From Camelus dromedarius (Eukaryota): 64,000 nt of DNA. Location of the stretch: assembly GCF_036321535.1 (NCBI RefSeq), contig NC_087466.1:10974001-11038000 (forward strand), in the 5' to 3' direction. Under the pieces are notes generated by a model. The model was not told the origin of the DNA and did not search any database. It worked only from the letters and a program-made list of their open reading frames with translations. Both the position numbers and the translations under genes were made by a program. Shown in pieces: positions 1-10,959 of this stretch. How positions within the stretch are numbered: position 1 is the first letter of the stretch; every line of letters begins with the position of its first letter.

Positions 1-316
1 GGCGAAACTATGAATCGTGTGTCAAAAATAAAGCCGGCACGCTCTTCTTGTTAAAGGAACAGCGTCCCTGTTTCCAGCCCTCTTGCTGGGTGGGGGAATC
101 CGATGGCATGTGGCTTTGATTCCCGGAGCTGGATGTGGGGACTGGGGGCTCCAGACAGGGATGAGAAAGAAGGGGCACTTCGGGGGTGGGGGGCACCAGG
201 CTGGGACTGGGGAACACCGGAGGAAGGCGGGAAAAGAACCTCAGGTGGGTTTGGGAAACTACCAGTTTCAGGAGGAGAAGGAAGAGAAAAGGGCCATAAA
301 AAGAGAAAGGCGGCTT
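1..316. promoter_or_regulatory. Edge of a probable CpG island running into an assembly gap
   Basis: G-rich with many retained CpGs (GCCGGCACGC, CCCGG, GGCGGG, GGCGGC) directly next to N gap 317-584. Confidence 0.45.
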
Positions 317-584
317 NNNNNNNNNNNNNNNNNNNNNNNNNNNNNNNNNNNNNNNNNNNNNNNNNNNNNNNNNNNNNNNNNNNNNNNNNNNNNNNNNNNN
401 NNNNNNNNNNNNNNNNNNNNNNNNNNNNNNNNNNNNNNNNNNNNNNNNNNNNNNNNNNNNNNNNNNNNNNNNNNNNNNNNNNNNNNNNNNNNNNNNNNNN
501 NNNNNNNNNNNNNNNNNNNNNNNNNNNNNNNNNNNNNNNNNNNNNNNNNNNNNNNNNNNNNNNNNNNNNNNNNNNNNNNNNNNN
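317..584. other. Assembly gap (N run)
   Basis: Run of N in the sequence. Confidence 0.99.
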
Positions 585-739
585 GTGGGTGTTCGGTTGC
601 TTAGCAACCCTTTTCTCCAGGTAACCCTTCTCTGGCTTGCCCTTGATATCCCCCAAAGGATTGCAATGTGGAAGAGGAGGTAAGCGGGGAGGGGGAAAGC
701 ATTCTGTTGTCACAGAACAGTGAGCAAAATAAAAGGCAA

Positions 740-1385
740 ACACACACACGCACACAGTCACACACACACATCCACATTTCAACGGGTGTCTTTACAAACA
801 GGCTTGGGGAGGGGGCAGATGTGTGGGTGTAATAGACAGATACCAACACACAAATGCGGTGTGTGGTCTGTGGAGACAAACACAAGGGTAACACCATCCT
901 ACACACACACACGCACACACACTATTGATGCATGGGTTTTGTTTAACAAATAATCCCACATAATGAGGTCCCCAGTTGATACAACCATACATGTTCTATG
1001 TAATTTCCTCCCATCATACACACGCGTGCATGCACACACAAATGCATCCATGTTCTGTGGGCAGAGACTTTAACAACAACATAATAGATACAAATGCATG
1101 AAACACAGGGTGACATTCAGATAATGCAGATGTAAATAATGATCAACTGTAAAATGCACACACACACACGCATTCCACAGAGCTTATACAAGTGGGCCCT
1201 GGTAAAAATGACAGGTATATAGGTGTGTGCAAATGTGGATGCATGGAAACATACACGTGTCATGTATGACTTCTATGTAAGCGGACATTGGGTGTAATAT
1301 ACACAGGCATTTATCTATACAATATATGACCGGGTATACTTAGAGTCACTAGATACACACACACAGACACAGAGATATCACACCT
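740..1385. repeat. Degenerate CA/TG-rich low-complexity tract
   Basis: Many short interrupted (CA)n, ATGCAC and GTGT runs over about 650 bp. Confidence 0.75.
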
Positions 1386-1619
1386 TCAGAGTCCCATCCC
1401 TTTTCTCTCTCCCTTGTCACCTCTAATCTGAACAAAGCTTGCATTAAGTATTGCACGCACATTGCATCTCTGGATCCCAGGCTCAGTGACTACACCTGTC
1501 CCTAGTTTCCCCCTCCCCTTGTCCCTTCCTCCCCTAACCCCAGCTGAACATAATCTTCTCTGTCCCATGTGTATGTGACAGCTAGCGCTCAAGACATCCA
1601 GGCTTCTGGGATCGATGCT

Positions 1620-2780
1620 TCACCCTGCTGTAAGAAAAAAAAAGTACCATGCCCAGATGGTCTTACGGGTGAGTTCTACAAATATGAAGAAGCAGATGTT
1701 TCTTGTATTGTAGGATTTGTTCCAGGAAAAAAAAGGGAAAAACGAAAAAAGGCAAGTGGCCCAATTCTCAATCTTGACAGCAAGTTAGAATAAAAATATT
1801 AGAAAAAAATCACGACTAATCTGAGAAATGCATACTAAAACATAAATGGTAGGAAGTTACTTCTATCTAATGGGTAAAAACTAGAAAGTGGAAATCATCA
1901 GGAGCTGGTGAGCATGTGGGGAAATAAAAGCCCCAATGTGTGCTGGTGGGCAGTCAGTTTGAGGAGTAGTTTGCCAGTATTTTAAGATGTTTAATGTTTG
2001 CATACATCATCCTGCAGAAATCCAGTTCTTGAGTATACAGCCCAGAGTACCAGTCACATAGATATACAAGAACACCTGTAGGAGGCTGTTCACTGCAGCG
2101 TTGTTAGTATGGCAAACAGGCAAACTGACAGTCCTTCATCAGGTGATTGGACAGAGGAAATGAGATGAAGGAAGGTGTGGATGATCATGCAGCAGCCAGA
2201 AAAGCAAACCAGAGCTACGCGTAGCAACGGGATGGCCATACAAATATTTCATGTGAAAAATAAATTTTACTTACAGAGTAGGATGCTTAAAACTGCATCC
2301 CTTATACAAATTTAAAACAATACCAAAGTCTTTCAACAGTTGAATGCATGAATAAACCATGGGACATTCATGCAGTGGAGAAGCGTAAGGAGGGGAGAGG
2401 AATAGATTGCTGGTTCAGGCCACCACTGTGATGAGTCTCAGAAGCATTACGCCAAGTGAAAGAATCCAGACGCAAGAGACTTCGTTCGGTAAGTAAGATG
2501 ATTCCATTTATATGGAAGTCGGGCACAAGCAAACCTGACCTAAAGGGGCAGAAAAAAGGCTGGGGGCAGGGGTGGGGTAGAGTTGACTCCAAAGAGGTAC
2601 AAGGGAAGTTTTTCTAGGGTGACTGAAGTATTCTAAGTCTTGATTATGGAGATTACATGAATATACACATCTATCAAAATTGATCAAACTAGATACTTAA
2701 AACAGGTACCTGATTTTATTGAATGTAAATCAGCACCAACAAAATTTATTTAAAACAATATTTTATTGTAGATAATAAAA
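1620..2780 (+). mobile_element. Ancient L1 (L1ME-type) fragments: ORF2 remnant plus 3' end
   Basis: GCCCAGATGGTCTTACGGGTGAGTTCTACAAA resembles L1 ORF2; the downstream segment ends in a typical L1M 3' UTR (GGTGACTGAAGTATTCTAAGTCTTGATTATGG...TCAAAATTGATCAAACT). Confidence 0.75.
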
Positions 2781-2949
2781 TAAAGAATAAACATAATGCT
2801 TTAGAATTTTAATGACCATAGATTGTATCTGTCTGTCTCTCTGTGTCTACATATGAATATACATATGTGTATATGTATCTATGTATCTCTTGGACAGAGT
2901 AGGTACCTGTAGTGGGGAGGAAAAGGGAATTGTGAATAGGGAACTGGGG

Positions 2950-3400
2950 AAGATTGGATCATTGTTCCCAATCCTCACTCTCTCCTGTTACAGAATTATA
3001 ATTCTCCACCTTTGTAGGTCTTCAATATAATGGAGTGAATTTCCCTGTCCTTTGACTTTAAACTTGGCCATGTGACTTGATCAGTGGAGTGTTAAACTAT
3101 GTGACACGAACAAAGGCTTCAAATGTGCATTTAGGTTTGCCCTCTCTTGTACATCTATGATCTGCCATGATAAGCTCACTCCCTAGGCAGCCGCTGCCCT
3201 CTCAGTCTGGGCTCTGTGGAGCAGAACTGTGCTCGTCAGCAAGTTTGGAGCCAACTTGATCCAGCTGGATCAGCCACACCACAGCCAACCTGCAGACCCA
3301 TATGTGTGAAAAAAAAAAGGTAAATTTGTTGTTGTAGGCCTTGGGATTAGGAGGTTGTTTGTTATGCAGCACTAGTGTAGTGGCAGCTGACTCATACAAG
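2950..3400 (+). mobile_element. MaLR solo LTR (old MLT1 type)
   Basis: CTTGGCCATGTGACTTG core and 3' end TTGTTTGTTATGCAGCACTAG...GCTGACTCATACA, typical of MLT1. Confidence 0.75.
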
Positions 3401-3914
3401 GATAAAGGGAAAAAATAATAATAAAATAAAAAGCAAAGAGGAAGCCTTGTGTGAATAAATGGTAGTAACATACCCTATGAATTGAGAAGAGTCAACTTAA
3501 CTGCAACACCTGATGCTCAGAAGAAACCAACCCGCCCCTTCACAAACTCCCTATATCCTGCAGGGCACCTTCACTTCTTGGCAGGGCGACTGAGTCCAGA
3601 TTCTGTCTTTCCTCATCCTAAACTGGGGAAGTCCTGCCTTCCTTCCTACACCCTGGAGCACTTAATCTTACAGTCTCCAGTGGTAGGGGAGGAATTTATT
3701 TACTTACATCTGTCTGATCTCCCCCACAAGGCTCTACACAGCTCCTCAAAACCACTCTCCTTTACACCCTCAGGGCCATTTCCCAGGCTGTTCCTCCTGC
3801 CTAATATGCAGTTCCCATGGCTGAATCTTATTTATCCTCAAGGCTTAGATCAAATAGGCACCTAGGAAATGTTTGTTATAGTAGCTTTCTTCATGTGCTG
3901 TGAACCGTGTAAAG

Positions 3915-4090
3915 TATTTCACACGTATCATTTCACTTTATCTTCATAAGAACCTCATGAGATAGGTACCATTGCTGTCCCCATTTTACAGATGAGAAAC
4001 TGAGACCAGAGAGGTTAAGTGATTGGCCCTTGGCCACACAGCCAAGAAGCTATGGAAATCTATGAATCTGATACCCAAGTCTAGGTTCAA
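3915..4090 (-). mobile_element. MIR SINE
   Basis: MIR core CCCCATTTTACAGATGAGAAACTGAGACCAGAGAGGTTAAGTGA. Confidence 0.9.
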
Positions 4091-5024
4091 AATTAAATTC
4101 ATAAACTTTGTTTCTAAATGTCTTTTAGAACTTTTCTCTTCCGTTGGGTGTTTCTGCCCTATCAAGATGGTGGCAGGAGTCAGGGAGCGTGTTTCGTGAT
4201 GGAAACCTTAATGTGCTTGAACCTGAGAACATCACCTTGGGGAAGGGCTTTGTCCCTTAAGAAATTATAAATATTTCATTTTCCCCTCTTCCCTCCCGCC
4301 CTGTCAGTCCCGAGATGGAGTTATCGACGGAAGGCCGGGTGATGGACAGATTGGCGGGGTTCCGTATTGATGAGTTAATAGATTGTTGGCTATTTTTTTC
4401 ATTCTCTGAAAAAAAAAAAAAAAAGAAATCTTGACAGCTGTTTTCACTGCTGTGGGGGTGGGTGGGGGCAACTGCAGAAGGTGATGAAAAGCCAGGCCTG
4501 GGTTAGGGTGGCACCCGTCAGACAGTCACGTCAGCTCGAAACGACCTTCAGTATTTATCCTGAATCCGACCAGCTCCCACCCTCTACACTGCTGCCCCTG
4601 GTCCAAGGCCCCATCATCTCTTGGCTGATCGCTGCAGCATTCTCCTCACTGGCCTCCCTGCCTTAGTCCATTCTGCACCCAGCGGCCGGAGCTGTTTTAA
4701 AGAATAAGCCAAACCCTGTCACTCCTCTGCCCGAGCCCTCAGATCACCCCCATCACAGCTGATGTCCCTCCAGTGGCCTCCAGGATTCTCTGTCTTCACT
4801 CCTTCCCTCTGTTCTCTTCTCCACTCTGCTCTAGTCACCACCTCCTTGCTGTTCCTCACAACCCTGAGCAGGTCCCGTCTTGGAGTATCACACTGCTGTT
4901 GCCCCTGCTTGGTTTGTTCTTTCTGCTGCTCTCACCCTCACCTCCTTCAGGTCTCTGATCAAATGACTCCTGCACAGCCTTCCCTGACTGCCCTGCATAG
5001 ATACCCCTGTTCTTCATAGAGTTT

Positions 5025-5116
5025 TAAAAACTATTAATTTATTTGTTTATTTAATTGAAGTATAGTTAGTTACAATGTGTCAATTTCTGCTGTACAGCAC
5101 AATGTCCCAGTCATGC

Positions 5117-5159
<43 letters not shown>

Positions 5160-5335
5160 CACATAGATTCATTTTCATATTCTTTTTCATGAAATGTTAT
5201 TACAAGATATTGAATAATATAGTTCCCTGTGCTATACAGAAGAAATTCATTTTTTAAATCTATTTTTATATATAGTGGTTAACATTTGCAAATCTCAAAC
5301 TCCCAAATGTATCCCTTCCCACCCCCTTTCCCCTA
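5025..5335 (-). mobile_element. Cetartiodactyl-type L1 3' end containing a (TA)n microsatellite
   Basis: TTAATTGAAGTATAGTTAGTTACAATGTGTCAATTTCTGCTGTACAGCA...GATATTGAATAATATAGTTCCCTGTGCTATACAG is the reverse complement of the L1 3' UTR terminus. Confidence 0.85.
5120..5155. repeat. (TA)n microsatellite
   Basis: About 18 perfect TA units. Confidence 0.97.
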
Positions 5336-5364
5336 AAAATATTTCTACTTTATTTGAAAAAAAC

Positions 5365-5490
5365 TTTTTTAAGGGGAAGGTAATTTTAATTTACTTACTT
5401 ATTTTTTTAAATGGAGGTACTGGGGATTGAACCCAGGACCTCGTGCATGTTAAGCATGCACCCTACCACAGAGCTATACCCTCCCTCCCC
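5365..5490 (-). mobile_element. tRNA-Ala-derived SINE (camelid Vic-1-like)
   Basis: Reverse complement reads GGGGAGGGAGGGTATAGCTCTGTGGTAGGGTGCATGCTTAACATGCACGAGGTCCTGGGTTCAATCCCCAGTACCTCCA followed by an AT-rich tail. Confidence 0.85.
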
Positions 5491-5638
5491 CGATCTGGTT
5501 TTATTTTTCTTCGTGGCGCTTATAACTTCTTGACATTATTCAAAAGTCACTTATTTGTTCATTGTGTCTTTCCCTAGAATGTAAGCTCCACGAGGGCAGG
5601 GAACTTGACTTGCTCACTTGTATTTTTATTACCTAGAA

Positions 5639-5855
5639 CAGCCCCAGCAGACTACACCCCTTGGAAAGAACCAGCTTGCAGCCTGTTTTTGTAAATAAAG
5701 TTTTATTGGAACACGGCCACTCCCATTCATTTCTGAACTGTCCAGGTCTCCTTCTACAATTACAGAGTTGAGTAGTTGCAATGGAGATAGGAGGGTGTGC
5801 AAAGCCAAAATTACTTACTATCTGGCCATTTACAGAAAAAATTTGCTGATCCTTG
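5639..5855 (+). mobile_element. MER58A hAT-Charlie non-autonomous DNA transposon
   Basis: TTTTTGTAAATAAAGTTTTATTGGAACAC core; end AAATTTGCTGATCCTTG; degenerate 8-bp TSD ACCTAGAA / ACTTGGAA. Confidence 0.9.
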
Positions 5856-6044
5856 ACTTGGAACACTGCCTGACACACAGTGGGTGTTGAAAATTTATTT
5901 GTGGAAGAAATAAATGAATATGAGACCATTTTTTTTTTTAAGGTTAAGTAACCAGGAGTTATAGCCTTGTGCAATCCTTGCCCCTTGGGGAAATGGATCC
6001 TCCACATCCTCTTCCTACAGGATTCCCATGTCCTCCAGAACTTC

Positions 6045-6215
6045 CTTGGTTGCAAGTAACAGGAAATCCAGCTTGATTAATTTGCTCCAGAAAAGGACAT
6101 TTGTTAGCTTACAAACTGAAAAGTTGAAGGCAGACTCCTAGACTCCTTCAGGCACAACTGGATCCAGGGGCTCATCCTTCTAAATTCAAGGCCAGAGAAA
6201 GGGAGAGTCTCCTTT
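6045..6215 (-). mobile_element. Old MLT1 (J/K-like) LTR fragment
   Basis: GTTGCAAGTAACAGGAAATCCAGC...AACTGAAAAG...CAGGCACAACTGGATCCAGGGGCTCA. Confidence 0.6.
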
Positions 6216-6219
6216 TCCT

Positions 6220-6335
6220 GGGAGTGTGATCTTGGATAAGTTGATTACCTCTCAGAGCCTCAGTTTTCTCATCTGTCAAATGGGGAATAGTGGTCCCTCC
6301 CTCATAAGGTAGCTGCAGGGGTGAAGTGAGTCAAA
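6220..6335 (+). mobile_element. MIR SINE
   Basis: GTGTGATCTTGGATAAG...GCCTCAGTTTTCTCATCTGTCAAATGGGG. Confidence 0.85.
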
Positions 6336-6341
6336 CCAAGT

Positions 6342-6840
6342 ATGGCAGACTGAAGAAAAAAAGTGTCCATGTCCTAAACCATGGGAACCATTAATTTATA
6401 TGGCCCAAAGGACTGTGCAAATGTGGTTAAATAAAGGATTTTGAGACGGAGAGATTATCCTGGATTATATGTGTGGGCCCAAGGAATCATAAGGGTCCTC
6501 ATCAAAGGGAAGCAGGAGGGTCAGAGCCAGAGAAGGAGATTTGAGGATGGAAGCAGAGGTCAGAGAGAGAGAAAGAAAGGAGAGAAGTTGCTACACTGCT
6601 GGATTTCAAAAGGGAGGAGGGGGCTACAAGCCAAGGAAAGCAGGTGGCAACTAGAAGCTGGAAAAAGTAAGGAATGGATTCTCCCCTAGAGCTTCCAGAA
6701 TGAATGCAGCCCTGCCAACACCTTGATTTTACCGGATGAGACCTGTGTCATACTTCTGAGCTCCAGAATTATAAGATAATAAATTTTGTGTTGTTTTAAG
6801 CCACTGGGTTTATGGTAACCTGTTAGGGCAGCTCTCAGAA
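6342..6840 (+). mobile_element. MLT1D-like MaLR solo LTR, near full length
   Basis: GAGATTATCCTGGATTAT...CTAGAAGCTGGAAAAAGTAAGGAATGGATTCTCCCCTAGAGCTTCCAGAA...GTGTTGTTTTAAGCCACT. Confidence 0.9.
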
Positions 6841-7493
6841 ACTCATGCACCAGGTAAAGCTCCAATCGCAGTGGCCGACACACAGGAAGCCCTTGGCAGA
6901 TGTGAGCTGCTACTATTACTGGTTGAATGTTACGCTTTCTCCACATTCAGGCTCCTGTTGGATCAGCCCAGGTCTTTCAGACAAAGCCTGCAGGTAATTC
7001 CCAGTCCCTGAAACCCACTCTCACAGGTGCCAGGACTGGGGTGGCTTCCCAGAACCCCAAAGCCTTATCTAGGATCCAGAGCTGACCCCGATCTGCATGG
7101 GGTCTAAAGGCTGCCTCCTGATTCCCCAGCCAGCGAAATTTCCTTCCACCAAACATCTGTGTCACCGCTTCCCCCTCCCCCCAACTCTGTCTCCTTTAAT
7201 CCCCTCCCGACTAAGCTATTTTTAGACCACTCCCCTTCCCACTCCCTTCAACCTGTTACTCCCTGAAAGCACTTTGTGGCAGGGGCCCAATAAATTCGTC
7301 AGATCTTTTGTCACCATCTGTCCCTTTGCTCATTGAGGTCAGCAGCAGGAGCCGGGGCTGGAGAAGGTATAATCTCCCGCTCCCCCCAAGCAAAAGGTTT
7401 CAGGGTTTCCACTTCCCGATGGTGGAATGTGCAGGAACCTGCCTTCTGGCATTACATACGGCTGAATGCTGGTCCCAGAAATAGCCTACAGAG

Positions 7494-7636
7494 AGGGGAG
7501 GATGTAGCTCAGTGGTAGAGCTCATGTCCAGCATTGCAAGGTCTTGGGTTCAATCCCCAGTACTTCCATTAAAAAAAACAAACAAACTAATTACTACCCC
7601 CCTCCAAAAAAAAAAAAAAAAAAAAAGAAAGAAAAA
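7494..7636 (+). mobile_element. tRNA-Ala-derived SINE (camelid Vic-1-like) with poly(A) tail and 17-bp TSD
   Basis: GGGGAGGATGTAGCTCAGTGGTAGAGC...GGGTTCAATCCCCAGTACTTCCA; TSD AGAAATAGCCTACAGAG (7477-7493) / AGAAATAGCCTATGGAG (7637-7653). Confidence 0.92.
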
Positions 7637-7874
7637 AGAAATAGCCTATGGAGTCCTGTGTTCTTGTGCTCATGGGCTGTGGGCAGCAGGCAGCTTCTGC
7701 TCAGAGGCAGCTGTTTGAGCCTCAGCCGGGGAAGAGGATGCTGCCAGAGTTTGTCTGAAGGTGATGCAGTATATACGTATATGCACAGAAGGGCAGGGAG
7801 GGGCAGTCTCAAGGAGGTCAGGGTTGGATTCTGAGCTGGAGGGGAGACTCTGAAAGTGGACTTTTAGAATCAAA

Positions 7875-8060
7875 TCTTGGAATGTGTATGTTCTTTTGCA
7901 ACATTAAGTTTGTGAGGCCAACCCATGTTGTCCTGTAGAGTTGTCCATTGCTTTTACTCATTGCTGTGTAATATTCCACTGTATGGATGAGCTGTATTTA
8001 GTTTAGCTAGTCTATTGTTGATGGGCATTTGGATAGTTTCCTGGGTTGGGCTATTTGTTC
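7875..8060 (-). mobile_element. L1M fragment
   Basis: ATTGCTGTGTAATATTCCACTGTATGGAT...TATTGTTGATGGGCATTTGGATAGTTTCC. Confidence 0.8.
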
Positions 8061-8529
8061 ATCCTGGACCATCTTGCCTTCCTACCCACATGCCACCCCA
8101 CCCAAACCCCTATCTTCCCCAAAGACAGAGTTTGGCCAACTTGCCCATCAACAGTTATCCTTTGGCCAGAGCCGAGGAATGGTGCCCCCTTCAGGCAGGG
8201 CTGTGCCCTCCATTGTCTGCCGTCTCCTCCCATCCCTGTGATTCACACGCTCCAACATGCCTCATTTATCTTTCGGCATCTGAGATTGCAAGGGTCTTCT
8301 AATCCCTGATGGAGCAACCACTTGGCATGGGGGCTTTTCCCCAACACCCATGTCCCCAGGTGTCTCCCAGGGCACCCAGCTCAGAGCCCAGTCCGAGGAA
8401 GGCAGGTGCTTGTTGCTGGCTCACACGGACATCCCCAAAGGCCATCTCTCCCAGGGTGGGTGCCCAGGGAGGATGTGGAGGGTGGGTGTTGAAACAACAG
8501 AAAAGTGTGTGTGTGTGGTGGGGGGAAAG

Positions 8530-8760
8530 CAGAGCTCCGTAATTATAGAGGGAGAGGCAGTGATAAAATGATAATGGGCGCGTCTTGACCCGGGCTGACC
8601 AGCTCCGGAGCTGTGAAGTAACTCAGACCCGTGATGGAGGCCAAGGGGCTGCCGCCGGGGCTGCAGCTGAAACGGTGCTTTCACAAACAAGACGTAAATT
8701 GGATGCAAACATCTAATTAACCTTCTCCCTCGGTTCCCTCTCTGCGGAGAGGGAGGCGGC
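8530..8760. promoter_or_regulatory. Candidate developmental enhancer (repeat-free, CpG-retaining, homeodomain motifs)
   Basis: TAATTA 8540, TGATAA twice (8561, 8569), CACAAACAA 8682, ATGCAAAC 8703, CTAATTAA 8713. Confidence 0.4.
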
Positions 8761-8848
8761 CCTCCCAGGGCTCCCTGCCTTCCCTCCGGGGATGGATTTG
8801 GGGGAAGGGAGGAGGAGGAGAGGGGAGGGAGGGAGAGAGGTAGCCCAG

Positions 8849-8882
<34 letters not shown>

Positions 8883-9231
8883 GCTCCCCTCCAGTAGGGG
8901 CTGAGCTCAAACTTCAGCCCTCCAGCAGGGCTGGTTTTCTCAGTGGCCTCAGGCTTGATCTGAGATCTGCTTTCCTGTTTAATGGCCCCAACGTGCTGGG
9001 CAAGCTCACGTCGTTCAGTAGGGCCAGGTAGGTGGCCCTAGAGACAGGGAAGATGGAGAGTTTGGGTTTTGCTTTTCTCCTTGGTGGGGATGTGGTGCTG
9101 CAGAGTCTGCTTCCTGTGGGAATTCTCCCGGGACACTGAGTATGGGGGTCGTCTGATTCCGGGGCTTCCTGTGACTCCACCCCTGACAGCTCTGTGACCC
9201 TGAGCACCTTAACTCCTCTGTCCGCCCCTCC

Positions 9232-9450
9232 TTCGCTCAGCAAATACTCATGGAGCGTCTCCTGTGTGCCAGCATTGCTGTGGGTGCTGGGAATACAGTG
9301 GTGAACAAAACAGATCAAAACCCCAAACCAAACCAAATTGAAAAACAAACAATAACAGCAAAAACCCTGCCTTCCTGGGGCTTTGAGGGATGCGTAAGTG
9401 GTGGGCTGGAAGACAGACAATAAAGGACAAGCCAATAGGCATCTGAGAGC
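9232..9450 (-). mobile_element. L2 3' end
   Basis: CTCAGCAAATACTCATGGAGCGTCTCCTGTGTGCCAGC...GGGAATACAGTGGTGAACAAAACAGA. Confidence 0.8.
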
Positions 9451-9544
9451 ATGAACTGACTGGGTTCCAACCTCAGTTCTTCCACTTACTGGCCGTGTGA
9501 CCCTGTGTACGTTCTTCCGTCTCTCTGTGATCAGTTTCATTTCT

Positions 9545-10790
9545 TTTTCTTTAATTTTTAAGTATTAACATACAGAAATCTTGAAAAGAATAGTGCAAAA
9601 CTCCTGTATAACCTAAGGTGTTGACATTTTCTTAACTACTCTGTCTGTCTCTTTTTTTTTTTTTTCCTACGCCTTTTTTAGAGTAAGTTACAAACACGGT
9701 AGCTCTTCCCTCTTAAGTGCTTCAATGTCTGTTTCCTAAAACCAAAGGTTTTCTCTTACATAACCACAGGAGAAGAATCAGGAAATAAACATTGGTGCAA
9801 TTTTATCTAATCAAGATCTAATCTAGAGTGCTCCATTTGTCCTGTTACCGTCCTTCATAGCAAAAGAAATTCTGGAACCACACAGGGCATTCAGTGTCGT
9901 ATCTTTTCAGCTTCTTTTAATCTGGAATCAGTTCTTCAGTCTTTGGGTTTCAAGATGTTAATGTTTGTGAAACATCAGATATTGAGATCCAGATGTAAGA
10001 TCTGTAAGATGTCCCTCAGTTTGAGTGTCTCTGATATTGCTTTATGATTTGATTCAGATTGTGCATTTTGGCAGGAGTTCTAACTGGTGATGCTATGTTC
10101 TTCTTGGTACATTGTATCAGGAGGCACGAGGTTTGTCCCATTACTGGTGATGTTAACTTTGATCACTTGCTTCGGGTGGTGTAAGTCAAGTTTTCCCACC
10201 GAACACTTACTGTTTTCCCTCTGTAATAAGAGAGCACATTGTGGGGAGATGCTTTAAGATTATGTAAATATCTTGCTCCTCTCCAGACTTTGGTTGACTG
10301 ATTTTAGCATCATTTGATGATTCTTGCCTGAATCAATTATTATGATATTTCCCAAATGCAGATTTTCATACTCCAATCTTCCTTCCACATCTATGAGCTG
10401 GCTTTCTACAGCAAAGAAGAGAATTCCTTAATCATTTATGTATTTACCATGTCAGCATGGGCTCGTGGACTCTTTTATTCAATGGGCAATAGTCCCTTAC
10501 TATCACTATTTATTTGGATGCTCAAGGTGTCCTAGATTTGGCCAACGGGACCCCTTCAGGCTGACTCCTGTGACCTTTGATGGGTCCCCATCATTCTTTG
10601 AACACTTCCTTACTGTCTTGCACAGGCACATATTTCAGACTCACTTTGCACTTTCCCTGCCCCAGACCTGGAATCAGCCATTTGTCCAAGGGGCCCTGGT
10701 TCCTTTTAGTGGAGAATGGTACGTAGAAGCCATGGTTTGGGCTCCAGGTATGCTCAATGCTAGTGGGGTGTCACTGCCTACAGGCTCTTA
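9545..10790 (-). mobile_element. L1MC4/L1ME-type 3' end
   Basis: CCCATTACTGGTGATGTTAACTTTGATCACTTG and GGAATCAGCCATTTGTCCAAGGGGCCCTGGTTCCTTTTAGTGGAGAATGG, typical of the L1MC4-like 3' UTR. Confidence 0.85.
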
Positions 10791-10799
10791 CAGCACATC

Positions 10800-10935
10800 T
10801 AGCTGGGTGCCAGTTTCTCCATCTATTAAATGGGGAACAACTGTCCTTACCGCCTAGATTGTATGAGAATTAAATGAGCCAGTGCCTGAAATGTGCTTAG
10901 AACTGTGTCTGGCTCATGGATAATGTTATACAAAG
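10800..10935 (+). mobile_element. MIR SINE
   Basis: CAGTTTCTCCATCTATTAAATGGGG...GAGAATTAAATGAG...GTGCTTAGAAC. Confidence 0.8.
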
Positions 10936-10959
10936 TGTTTATTAGATAAATAAGAAACA

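Larger units (their letters stand above)
4555..5920 (+). mobile_element. L2 LINE 3' region interrupted by three younger insertions
   Basis: L2-like segments at 4555-5020, 5495-5638 (CTAGAATGTAAGCTCCACGAGGGCAGGG) and 5856-5920 (ACTGCCTGACACACAG...AAATAAATGAAT). Confidence 0.8.

Noticed and set aside
7494-7575. tRNA-Ala(AGC)-like sequence with A and B boxes (also at 5415-5490, 15775-15853, 22651-22700, 24095-24176)
   Set aside because: These have AT-rich or poly(A) tails, TSDs in some copies, a non-tRNA 5' extension and mutually divergent sequences, so they are SINE copies rather than tRNA genes
8914-9540. 208-aa minus-strand ORF
   Set aside because: Overlaps an L2 fragment and simple repeats; no recognisable domain
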